A DNA stretch of 64,000 bases, from contig JAIPGF010000003.1 in the NCBI GenBank assembly GCA_021736205.1, positions 7,772 through 71,771 on the forward strand, in the 5' to 3' direction. The notes under the pieces were generated by a model that worked only from the letters and a program-made list of their open reading frames with translations, did not search any database and was not told the DNA's origin. Source of the DNA: Candidatus Izemoplasma sp. Lineage in GTDB: Bacteria > Bacillota_I > Bacilli_A > Izemoplasmatales > Izemoplasmataceae. A program made the translations under genes and the position numbers. Shown here piece after piece: positions 1-7,841 of this stretch (its first letter is position 1; each line of letters begins with the position of its first letter).

Positions 1-348
1 ATCAATTAGACGGTCATAAGCAATAACTTTTACACCTTCATCAATTGCATTTTGTACGGCAGTTTTAGCAGCTTCACTATCATGAGCAGTAATTATTAAT
101 ACATCCATCCCTTTTGAGATTAATGTATCAATATTTGATGCTTCAACTTGTGAATCTCCTTCTGAGAATAAGATTTCATAACTGTAATCTGTGTCGTCTA
201 AATACGATTTGAAACGTTCTTGATCTTGTGTCCAACGTTCCTCATTTTGAGTTGGTAATACGATACCAATGTCAACTTGGTTACCACCACATGCGCTTAA
301 TGACGCAACAAATAGAGCGGCAACAAATAATAAAAATAATTTTTTCAT
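1..348 (-). CDS. sugar ABC transporter substrate-binding lipoprotein, N-terminal 116 codons (gene runs off the left edge)
   Basis: Absent from the ORF track because it has no stop in the window. The minus-strand ATG at 348 follows AGGAGGAA (351-358). The translation is MKKLFLLFVAALFVASLSACGGNQVDIGIVLPTQNEERWTQDQERF...GVKVIAYDRLID. It has a lipobox (LSAC) and a XylF/ChvE-type periplasmic binding protein N-terminus. Confidence 0.7.
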   Translation of the reverse strand, partial: MKKLFLLFVAALFVASLSACGGNQVDIGIVLPTQNEERWTQDQERFKSYLDDTDYSYEILFSEGDSQVEASNIDTLISKGMDVLIITAHDSEAAKTAVQNAIDEGVKVIAYDRLID

Positions 349-450
349 AATTCCTCCTATTTTTTTAAAACCATTTTTGTTACATACAGTCTATCATGAA
401 AACGCTTTTAAGTTAATGTGTTTATATATGATGTTTTTTATAGATTTTTA

Positions 451-1479
451 TTATTTGTCATTTGGCGTATATTTTTTATAATCAATCCAAATGTATTTAT
501 CATCCTCTAAATCACTCATAATATCGCTTAGTTTTTCTCCAGTCACTAAGGCATTTGTAAGCTCATTAATTGCTAATGCCATTGATTTTGAATCATTTAA
601 GACTGTCCCTGAGAGATACCCTTGATCAATTAACTCTAAGGCAATTGGTAGCCCATCAATCCCTACTACTGGCATCCAAGTTTCTGTGTCTCTATCTATC
701 ACACCATTATCATTCTCATCAACAAAATACCCTTCTTCTTTTAAGACTTCAATAGCGCCAATGGCCATCGCATCATTATTTGAAATGACTAATTCTATTG
801 TATTACCAAATTCAACTAATAAATCTGTCATCTTTTCTTTTGCTATCTCTTGTGAAAAATAGGCTTCTTCAATAATTAGTATGTCTATATGGAATCCGCG
901 GTCAGTTAATTCTTGAACAACTCTTTCCGTTCTTATTTCTGCATCTTGGTGACCAGGTTCTCCTTTTAAAATAACACATTGGATATTATTATCATTGTTT
1001 TTATCTAGTTCATTTAAATAATAAGAATTTCCTCCGAATAAATCAATAATAATATCTGCTTGAAAAATAGCTGATTGTTCTGGTTTAGCGCCAACATAAA
1101 ATAGTTGATCGTAAGAATACATATCTTCTTTCAGTGGTTCTCTATTAATAAAAATAATAGGCACATCTTTTTCTTTTGCTTTTTCAATTATTGGATAAAC
1201 ACCTAGACGATCTACAGGATTAACAATAATAACACGTGGGTTATCCAAAAAGACATCATTTATGATATCGTTTTGAATGATTTGTGAGTTTTTTGAATCA
1301 TATGATTCAAAACGATATGAATTATAATTTTTATTATCATAAATTAGCTCTTCAAATTGCTGCATATAAAGATCATCGTAGTCGTAAATAATAAGTGGAA
1401 CTTCGACTTCTTTTGTTCTGCAACCTGTTAGAAATAACCCAAGTGATATAAATAGAAACGCTATAATTAACTTTTTCAT
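451..1479 (-). CDS. periplasmic sugar-binding-protein-fold lipoprotein, probable ligand-sensing partner of the adjacent kinase
   Basis: 342 aa ORF with a lipobox (LTGC). It has a type-1 periplasmic binding protein pattern (VIIVNPVD, DVPIIFINRE, ISNNDAMAIGA). It lies 4 nt downstream of the kinase gene. Confidence 0.7.
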   Translation of the reverse strand: MKKLIIAFLFISLGLFLTGCRTKEVEVPLIIYDYDDLYMQQFEELIYDNKNYNSYRFESYDSKNSQIIQNDIINDVFLDNPRVIIVNPVDRLGVYPIIEKAKEKDVPIIFINREPLKEDMYSYDQLFYVGAKPEQSAIFQADIIIDLFGGNSYYLNELDKNNDNNIQCVILKGEPGHQDAEIRTERVVQELTDRGFHIDILIIEEAYFSQEIAKEKMTDLLVEFGNTIELVISNNDAMAIGAIEVLKEEGYFVDENDNGVIDRDTETWMPVVGIDGLPIALELIDQGYLSGTVLNDSKSMALAINELTNALVTGEKLSDIMSDLEDDKYIWIDYKKYTPNDK

Positions 1480-1483
1480 TGTA

Positions 1484-3199
1484 TCATCCTTTTTCTAGTG
1501 GGAAGTATATCTGAATCGTTGTACTTTCATCTAAAACACTCTTTATATGTATTCCTGAGCGTTCTCCATAATATAACTTTAGACGCTGTACAACATTTTT
1601 AAGACCAATACTTTCATGGTTATCATTCTGTATCTTTTCATAAATCTCTTCTATTTGTTCATCAGTTAATCCATACCCATTATTCATAACCTCGAAATAG
1701 ATAAACCCATCTTTTTTATATACAGAAATATCAATTTGACCTTTAAACTCTGTGCTAATTCCATGATGTATGGCATTTTCGATAATAGGCTGCAATATAA
1801 GTTTAACAACTTTTTTATCTTTGATTGATTCTTCAACGTTTACAGTATATTCAAATTTATTAGAATATCTAATTGTTTGAATTTTTAAGTAATATTTGGC
1901 ATGTTGAATTTCTTTATCAATCGTAATAATATCTTTTCCTCTTGAAATACTTATTCTGAAGAAGCGACTAAGTGCCATAACCATTTCTATAACATGTTCG
2001 TTATCATTTTGTTCTGAAAGCCAAATAATAGAATCAAGTGTGTTATATAAAAAGTGTGGATTAATTTGTGTTTGAAGCGCAATCAATTCTGTTTTACGTT
2101 TTTCATTTTGTTCATCAACAAGTTGATTCATTAATCCTCTAATTTCTTTAATCATCTCATTATAAGCCGCAGCTAAGATTACAACTTCTTTTTGTCCACG
2201 TACTTCAACTTCTTTATATAGATGATCACTATGTTGTATATCAGTCATGTGCTCTTTTAATTTATTTAAGGGTCTTGTTATTTGCTTTGTTAATATAGAA
2301 GCTATTAATGTTGAAATGAAAATTGTTACAACCAAGACGGTTGATAAAAGAAAAAATATCGATATTTTTGAACTTCCAATCAAATCAACATTAATAAACG
2401 TCGCGATACGCCACCTTGTTCCATGTATCGTATTAATACTCACATACATATCTGTACCATCAATTGATACAAAATCGCCACCGATAATGATTTTTCTAGC
2501 TATAACGTTACTATCACAGGTAGAATTTTGACATTTGTCTGTCGAAGAATAAATCAATTGATTTTTATCGCTAATAATAATTAGATGTCCATTTTCACCT
2601 AAATTGGTTTGTTTAGCAAGGGTGTCTATTTGTTCAGTACTTAATTCAATTAATAAAACACCTGAGTATTTTTGTGAATATTCATAATAATCAATTTGTT
2701 TAGATACACTAATTACTTGTTCATTACTATCAACAAAGACATCTTGTGGATGGGGTGTTGAAAAGAAATACACTTCTTCGTTATCAATTGCCCGATCAAA
2801 CCAATAACGTTCTGTTAAATCCTCATAAGCTGAATAGTTTAGTTTACTTGTTGCAGCAATTGTACCATCCATCTTTACTAAACTAATCGTAATTGTGTCA
2901 CTATTTAATGTTGCAACATTACTATATATTTCATGTAAACTTTCTTGATTCGCAATTTCAACTTCTTTGGTTTTTAATTCAATGTAATTCGCAAGATCTC
3001 TAACATCATTAAAATAGTTTTCATAATTTAAAATGATTTGTTTATTAATCTCTTTAGAGTTTGCTTCTACAATTTCATCAACTGTATTGTATGTATTTAT
3101 ATAGATAAACGCGCTCGCGAACAACAATGCGGTAGACAACAATAAAATTACAGCATAATTAAGCTTTCTGTCAATGCTTAATTGTTTAAACCATTTCAT
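1484..3199 (-). CDS. sensor histidine kinase, YesM/LytS-type (two TM segments, extracytoplasmic domain, HAMP, His_kinase, HATPase_c)
   Basis: 571 aa. The INPHFLYNTLDSI motif marks the PF06580-type phosphoacceptor region. The C-terminal ATPase part contains ENAIHHG and GYGL. It overlaps the regulator gene by 14 nt. Confidence 0.85.
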   Translation of the reverse strand: MKWFKQLSIDRKLNYAVILLLSTALLFASAFIYINTYNTVDEIVEANSKEINKQIILNYENYFNDVRDLANYIELKTKEVEIANQESLHEIYSNVATLNSDTITISLVKMDGTIAATSKLNYSAYEDLTERYWFDRAIDNEEVYFFSTPHPQDVFVDSNEQVISVSKQIDYYEYSQKYSGVLLIELSTEQIDTLAKQTNLGENGHLIIISDKNQLIYSSTDKCQNSTCDSNVIARKIIIGGDFVSIDGTDMYVSINTIHGTRWRIATFINVDLIGSSKISIFFLLSTVLVVTIFISTLIASILTKQITRPLNKLKEHMTDIQHSDHLYKEVEVRGQKEVVILAAAYNEMIKEIRGLMNQLVDEQNEKRKTELIALQTQINPHFLYNTLDSIIWLSEQNDNEHVIEMVMALSRFFRISISRGKDIITIDKEIQHAKYYLKIQTIRYSNKFEYTVNVEESIKDKKVVKLILQPIIENAIHHGISTEFKGQIDISVYKKDGFIYFEVMNNGYGLTDEQIEEIYEKIQNDNHESIGLKNVVQRLKLYYGERSGIHIKSVLDESTTIQIYFPLEKG

Positions 3200-4775
3200 G
3201 ATTACGATACTCCCTTGGAGATGAACCAGTTACTTTTTTAAAACTATGACTAAAATAATAAACATCTTTATACCCTACCTTAACTGAGATATCGACAATC
3301 TTTAAGTCGGATGTTTTAAGAAGTTCTTTCGCCTTATCCATTCGCATTTTTATTAAGTACTTACTAAACGTGTATCCACTATGCTTTTTAAACAACATGC
3401 TTAAATATGATATTGAAACATTTAATTCCTGGCTTAATTGTTCAAGCGACATAGATGGATCTGGGTAATTTTGCTTAATGTAATCTATCGCTCTTTGTGT
3501 TAATTCCTCACTATGTGATAGTTGCTTACGTGTATCCTGTTCACGAATCTTTAAAATGATATCAAGGAAATAATCAATCATTTCTTCATAACGCGTATAA
3601 ATGTTTAACTCGCTTACTAAATCAATATTTGTTATTTCATCCAACGGAATTTTTGCTTGTTCAGCTAAATTAATTAATAAACTTGATAATTCAATTATGA
3701 CATATTCTCTAATATATTTACTTTTATCTTGTATAATACGTTCTTTTAACTCATTTGTTTTCTCTTTAATCATTTCTTCTTTACCATACTGAATCAAACG
3801 ATCAAATGAATTAAAATCACTTATAGAAATAAATGATTGTTTAATCTCAGCGTTATACAGTTCTTCAGCGAAAACAATGTTGTTATAATTAAATAAATTC
3901 GCATAACTTAACGCTCTTTTAGCTTGATTGTAGGATTTGGGAAATGCTTCAAAATTGGAATACTTATTTGACACACCTATAAGTAGTCCTGATTCTAAAA
4001 ATTCTTTAGAGGATTGTGATAATTCAAATAATAATTCATCAGCTTTGTTTTTTTCATATGTTTCAAGAGAAAAAATAAACACAATCCCGTCTGCTACTAG
4101 TAACGTATGTTTAAAGGGGATTGATTTGAACACCTTTTTAAACATTTCATTTGTATTAATTTTAATTCTCTCTATAGATTTTAAAGAAGTCTTTTTTGAA
4201 TTAACACTGACTAAAGCAGTAGTAAAATTTGATTGATTTGATACATCAATCCCATATAAACTTAACTTTTTAATCCCTTCTTCACTAATTTTATCTAAAT
4301 TAATCAAAGAACTTAAATAACTATCCCCAATAATTGGTAGTAGTTCTTCATATTTCTCTTTCATAACCATAATGTCTTTCATTTGTTTATAATCACTATC
4401 AAGATTCTTTTTTAAATCTTTTAAAAACATATTAATTTCTTTTGAGCTGATGGGTTTCATGATATAATTATCAACTTGTAGAGAAACAGCTTCTTTTGCA
4501 TAATTAAATTCATCATACCCCGTAATAAATGCCACCTTGATCATCGGATAATCACGACGAATAATCCTTGTTAACTCAATCCCATCAACAAAAGGCATTT
4601 TAATGTCTGTTAAAACAACATCGACATCTTTCTCTTCAATAAGTTCTAATGCATCATGACCATTCCCTGCAGATCCAACTATATTAAATCCTATATCCGA
4701 TGATATTTTTGAAGCAATTCTACCTCTAATTTCATCTTCATCATCAACTAATATAATGTTATATGTTTTTGCCAT
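3186..4775 (-). CDS. response regulator, CheY receiver + AraC-type HTH (YesN-like)
   Basis: 529 aa. The N-terminus ILVDDEDEIR...DVVLTDIKMP is a receiver domain. The C-terminal part (SISYLSMLFKK...GYKDVYYFSHSFKK) is an AraC HTH. Confidence 0.9.
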   Translation of the reverse strand: MAKTYNIILVDDEDEIRGRIASKISSDIGFNIVGSAGNGHDALELIEEKDVDVVLTDIKMPFVDGIELTRIIRRDYPMIKVAFITGYDEFNYAKEAVSLQVDNYIMKPISSKEINMFLKDLKKNLDSDYKQMKDIMVMKEKYEELLPIIGDSYLSSLINLDKISEEGIKKLSLYGIDVSNQSNFTTALVSVNSKKTSLKSIERIKINTNEMFKKVFKSIPFKHTLLVADGIVFIFSLETYEKNKADELLFELSQSSKEFLESGLLIGVSNKYSNFEAFPKSYNQAKRALSYANLFNYNNIVFAEELYNAEIKQSFISISDFNSFDRLIQYGKEEMIKEKTNELKERIIQDKSKYIREYVIIELSSLLINLAEQAKIPLDEITNIDLVSELNIYTRYEEMIDYFLDIILKIREQDTRKQLSHSEELTQRAIDYIKQNYPDPSMSLEQLSQELNVSISYLSMLFKKHSGYTFSKYLIKMRMDKAKELLKTSDLKIVDISVKVGYKDVYYFSHSFKKVTGSSPREYRNHEMV

Positions 4776-4835
4776 GTTCTCACCACCTAATATAAATTAA
4801 TTATACAACAAATTATTAATTATTAAATACAATAT

Positions 4836-4872
4836 AGAAAAAGACAACATTTCAAAATTGAAATGTTGTCTT
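4836..4872 (-). terminator. rho-independent terminator after the heliorhodopsin gene
   Basis: Near-perfect inverted repeat AAGACAACATTTCAA / TTGAAATGTTGTCTT (4841-4872), followed on the minus strand by a T-run (plus-strand A-run 4837-4842). Confidence 0.7.
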
Positions 4873-4896
4873 ATCAAATTTAAATGATGCTAATTA

Positions 4897-5700
4897 TTAT
4901 GGCTGTAATGCACCAACTAAAACCAACCATGCTAAGACTGATTTAGCTACCAAACTTAAAATAATGTATCCGCGTTCTCCGTATAAATAATTTTTCCATT
5001 TTCCTTTTTTTAAATATTGGAAAATCATATTTACAGGAAATGAGTTAAATGCAATGAAGTACGTAATAACAATCGCCCAGACAAACCAAGGTGTCTCAGC
5101 GGTTGCTTCTGGTGAAGCGCCTGTCATATACAAAATAATAGCTATCCATGGTGCCAAGCCTGCAATGCTTCCCCAAATAAATGGTCCCCAATTAACATCT
5201 TCTTTTTCTTTACCTGAGTTTAATTGTTCCATCACAAGACCAAATAAATTCATTGATGCATTAACAAGAAAAATCAAAATAAGTGATGCGATATCCCATA
5301 CACCAAATAAATATGCTATAAGGACTATCATAATTGATGAACTAAGTGCATACTCAAACCATCTAAATCTATTAATACCTTTTTCTAGATCTTTATTATA
5401 GATAGTATTAAATTTCTCTGGCAGTGAGATTAAAGCATGTGCTATTGCAGAAATTAATAGAAACATAGCAACTAAAACAAAAAATGGTAACGTAAATGCC
5501 TCGGTTCGTGCAAAAGCTAAGTATCCTTGTCCAGGTCCTGTTTCAACAAATGTTAAATAATGCTGATAAAGTTGCATTTTAAAATCTCCAAGATCACTAA
5601 GAACTAATCCAAGAATAATCATAAGAATACCTTGAACTAAATGAAATGCACCCATAATGATATTGAATTTTCTTAAACTTTTTAAAGATGTTTTTTCCAT
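4897..5700 (-). CDS. heliorhodopsin (7-TM retinal protein with inverted topology)
   Basis: 267 aa. It aligns by eye with heliorhodopsin 48C12 along its whole length: FNIIMGAFHLVQ, FRWFEYALSSSIMIVLIA (counterion Glu), VNASMNLFG, and GERGYIILSLVAKSVLAW (Schiff-base Lys in SLVAKS). Confidence 0.85.
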   Translation of the reverse strand: MEKTSLKSLRKFNIIMGAFHLVQGILMIILGLVLSDLGDFKMQLYQHYLTFVETGPGQGYLAFARTEAFTLPFFVLVAMFLLISAIAHALISLPEKFNTIYNKDLEKGINRFRWFEYALSSSIMIVLIAYLFGVWDIASLILIFLVNASMNLFGLVMEQLNSGKEKEDVNWGPFIWGSIAGLAPWIAIILYMTGASPEATAETPWFVWAIVITYFIAFNSFPVNMIFQYLKKGKWKNYLYGERGYIILSLVAKSVLAWLVLVGALQP

Positions 5701-5731
5701 ACATATCGCTTCCTTTCATTTTTATAATTAT

Positions 5732-5740
5732 ATTATATCA
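5732..5740 (-). promoter_or_regulatory. extended -10 promoter element (TGaTATAAT) for the heliorhodopsin gene
   Basis: The minus strand reads TGATATAAT about 32 nt upstream of the ATG at 5700, with the RBS-like AAAGGAAG in between. No good -35 element is present. Confidence 0.4.
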
Positions 5741-5891
5741 TTTTTTTTAATAAAAATAACATCTTACACAAAAATATAATTAATAAAAATCTTTCGAAAC
5801 TTTTATTATTACCATTAAACAAACCAATTAGAGTACTTTAAGAGTTAAAGGAATATCCCTTATATCAGCAATATCCCAGCAAGTAAAAAAA

Positions 5892-5920
5892 TTGACCACT
5901 TTTGTTATTTTTTTTATAAT
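5892..5920 (+). promoter_or_regulatory. near-consensus sigma-A promoter (TTGACC-17-TATAAT), upstream tandem promoter
   Basis: TTGACC at 5892-5897, an exact 17-nt spacer, and TATAAT at 5915-5920. Confidence 0.45.
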
Positions 5921-6031
5921 CTTTATATTTAAGTAATAATGATTACTATTATAAGGGAAATAAATATTGTTTGATACGTCTCTTGTCAATACTCAAATAA
6001 ATTTTTTATTGACTTTTTTTATTTAAAGTCC

Positions 6032-6060
6032 TTGACATTTATATTATTCTACCCTATAAA
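6032..6060 (+). promoter_or_regulatory. sigma-A promoter (TTGACA-17-TATAAA) for the riboswitch-led fibre-subunit operon
   Basis: TTGACA at 6032-6037, a 17-nt spacer, and TATAAA at 6055-6060. It sits about 20 nt upstream of the aptamer-like element. Confidence 0.55.
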
Positions 6061-6079
6061 CATAATGAACAAAAAATTA

Positions 6080-6158
6080 AAGAAGGAAAAGGCATTCTTG
6101 AAGAAATTCAAGCGATCGCAAAACTATAGGGCCTGTAAAATGGTAGCCAGTTACCACG
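6080..6158 (+). promoter_or_regulatory. c-di-GMP-I (GEMM-I) riboswitch-like aptamer, copy 1
   Basis: A GNRA-capped hairpin TTGAA-GAAA-TTCAA (6098-6111) is followed by GATCGCAAAACTATAGGGCC, a short hairpin, and TAGCCAGTTACC (6144-6155). This matches the remembered GEMM-I core (GACGCAAAGC..GGG ... AGC.G.UUACC of Vc2). It shares CTATAGGG and TAGCCAGTTACC exactly with copy 2 on the other strand. Confidence 0.65.
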
Positions 6159-6183
6159 TATTTTTATGGTAGCTGGTTTTTTT
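6147..6183 (+). terminator. intrinsic terminator forming the expression platform of riboswitch copy 1
   Basis: A 10-bp stem CCAGTTACCA (6147-6156) / TGGTAGCTGG (6167-6176) contains one G-U pair. It has a 10-nt loop and then TTTTTTT (6177-6183). The 5-prime arm is the conserved 3-prime strand of the aptamer. Confidence 0.7.
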
Positions 6184-6224
6184 ATTGCTATATACAGACT
6201 TTAATTATGATTGGAAGTGATCAG

Positions 6225-6827
6225 ATGATTACACGGAGATTTGTTCAGATCAGTACAGTAGCTATATTATTAATAGGGTTTATCTTTACATCAGGTTCTG
6301 CGTTTGCTTATTGGAGAGAAGTTAATGTTTCCAGAGATGTAGAAATCGTAAAGATAGGAGAACCTATTGAAATAATAGTTGACGATATCTATTCTGAAAG
6401 TAATCTTCATTTAGTCCCAGAAGGATACATTATAAGTGTTCAAGATGTTGAAGAAGTCCAACTTGAATATGAAGTAAGTGTTTCTCGAGAACTAATAAAT
6501 ACTGTTAATTTAAATATACGAGCTGTTGATATTTTAATTGATGGTTCTGATACTTATAGCCATCTTGTAGATATATCAATTATGGGTTTAGGTAGCGAAG
6601 CTCAGTTAGATCTCTTTAATGAAGCTTTAACAATTTATGTTACAGTAAGACTAGAAGAACCATTTGATGAAGAAGAAGTTGTAGGGAAAAACTTAGATGA
6701 ATCCCTTGTGAATGTGGAAGACTCTGAGTTAGCTTATCAAACAATAACAGGTAAGACCATAACATTCACACTAAATTTTGAATTAGAAGTAAAAGAAATT
6801 TCTAGCAACGACAATTCACAGAATTGA
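6225..6827 (+). CDS. secreted protein with a SipW-cognate-type signal peptide (paralogue A of the fibre-subunit family)
   Basis: The ORF track starts at 6207. The ATG at 6225 (MITRRF...) follows GGAAGTGA and is the likelier start. The hydrophobic N-terminus ends in GSAFAYWRE. The C-terminus ITGKTITFTLNFELEV matches the ends of the 6873 and 9627 proteins. Confidence 0.7.
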   Translation: MITRRFVQISTVAILLIGFIFTSGSAFAYWREVNVSRDVEIVKIGEPIEIIVDDIYSESNLHLVPEGYIISVQDVEEVQLEYEVSVSRELINTVNLNIRAVDILIDGSDTYSHLVDISIMGLGSEAQLDLFNEALTIYVTVRLEEPFDEEEVVGKNLDESLVNVEDSELAYQTITGKTITFTLNFELEVKEISSNDNSQN

Positions 6828-6872
6828 TAAAATATAAAAAATAAATTAAAAAAATTAAAAGGAGAATAAAAA

Positions 6873-7403
6873 ATGAAAACAAAAAAATTAGGAATAGCGT
6901 TATTAGTAATGTTAGCGCTAGTAGTTACAACCGGAACATTTGCTTATTGGGCAAGTAGTGTAACAGACGGAACTAATACTGTTGGTGGGACTGTTACTGT
7001 TGGTACTGGTGAACAAGTTACAACTACTGTAACGGTAACTGCTCAATCTGATTTAAACGGCAATTTGGTACCTGTTGGATTTGAAGATGCAACAAAAGTT
7101 AATAATCTTGACTTAACGTTCCCAGTTACTTGGACTGCCGATCAAGCAGGTGCAGATGGAATCGTCGGAAATTTAAATGTAACAATTTCCAATTATGCTA
7201 TTGGTACACTTACTGGGACTGCTGTAACAGATATGTTTACAGTAACAATAACATCAGGTTCCGGAGCAATCACTGAAGGTGTATCACAAAATGTTATTAT
7301 CAATGTTGAATTTACAAATGAACCAACTGATTCAACTACATACAGCCAAGTTGCTGGAAACGACTTAACATTTGATGTTACATTTACAGCATCAGCCAAC
7401 TAA
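6873..7403 (+). CDS. secreted Thr/Val/Gly-rich protein with a SipW-cognate-type signal peptide, candidate major TasA-like fibre subunit (paralogue B)
   Basis: Strong RBS AAAGGAGA. The signal peptide ends in TGTFAYWASSV. The body is T/V/G-rich (TVGGTVTVGTGEQVTTTVTVTAQ) and has no Cys. The C-terminal motif is EPTDSTTYSQVAGNDLTFDVTFTASAN. Confidence 0.75.
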   Translation: MKTKKLGIALLVMLALVVTTGTFAYWASSVTDGTNTVGGTVTVGTGEQVTTTVTVTAQSDLNGNLVPVGFEDATKVNNLDLTFPVTWTADQAGADGIVGNLNVTISNYAIGTLTGTAVTDMFTVTITSGSGAITEGVSQNVIINVEFTNEPTDSTTYSQVAGNDLTFDVTFTASAN

Positions 7404-7442
7404 TAATTAGAAAATAAACTTAATATTTAAGGTGGTGATAAA

Positions 7443-7754
7443 ATGAGTATTAAAAAGAAATTACTGTTAGTATCTACTTTGCTACTGACACTTTTTGGTG
7501 CTACGTTTGTCACTGATAATTCTTATGCGTATTGGGCTTCAAGTATTTCATCTACTCAACAAACTACTACTGGTACTGTAACAGTTAGCTCATGGAATTT
7601 TATTCCAATTTGGGACAGTACAACAACCTATTATTCAGGTGATGTTGTTGAGTATAACGGATCTTATTATGAAGCTAAAAAGACAAATACAAATGAAGAA
7701 CCAGAAATTGCTAAAGGTTGGAGAAGTAACTGGACTCAAACTACAGTTAACTAA
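7443..7754 (+). CDS. small secreted protein: SipW-cognate-type signal peptide fused to a CBM5/12 (chitin-binding type) module
   Basis: RBS AAGGTGGTG. The signal peptide ends in NSYAYWASSIS. The tail WDSTTTYYSGDVVEYNGSYYEAKKTNTNEEPEIAKGWRSNW fits the W..Y..GD.V.Y.G..Y.A...P...W pattern of CBM5/12. Confidence 0.7.
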   Translation: MSIKKKLLLVSTLLLTLFGATFVTDNSYAYWASSISSTQQTTTGTVTVSSWNFIPIWDSTTTYYSGDVVEYNGSYYEAKKTNTNEEPEIAKGWRSNWTQTTVN

Positions 7755-7764
7755 ATACACAAAT

Positions 7765-7803
7765 AAATAGGCACATATAAATCCGTGCCTATTTATTTTT
7801 TTT
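7765..7803 (+). terminator. rho-independent terminator ending the fibre-subunit transcript
   Basis: Perfect 10-bp stem AAATAGGCAC (7765-7774) / GTGCCTATTT (7785-7794), then a T-run to 7803. Confidence 0.85.
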
Positions 7804-7804
7804 A

Positions 7805-7813
7805 TGCTATAAT
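7805..7813 (+). promoter_or_regulatory. extended -10 element (TGcTATAAT) for the signal-peptidase genes
   Basis: TGCTATAAT lies immediately after the terminator and 16 nt before the AGGAGG at 7830-7835. Confidence 0.4.
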
Positions 7814-7841
7814 ATCCTTAAAGAAACTTAGGAGGTCCTTA

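Noticed and set aside
269-481. 70-aa plus-strand ORF from the track
   Set aside because: It spans the start of the minus-strand binding-protein gene, its RBS and an AT-rich intergenic region. It has a low-complexity sequence and no RBS.
2247-4236. Plus-strand ORFs 2247-2531, 3601-3792 and 3937-4236 opposite the kinase and regulator genes
   Set aside because: They are antisense to genes with clear domain motifs and have the low-complexity translations typical of AT-rich shadow frames.
7193-7399. 68-aa minus-strand ORF inside the candidate major-subunit gene
   Set aside because: It is an antisense shadow ORF of a well-supported plus-strand gene. It has no RBS and a repeat-driven composition.
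7785-7841. N-terminal extension of the first signal peptidase ORF (track start at 7785)
   Set aside because: The extension begins inside the terminator hairpin and precedes the AGGAGG RBS. ATGATG at 7842 is the credible start.
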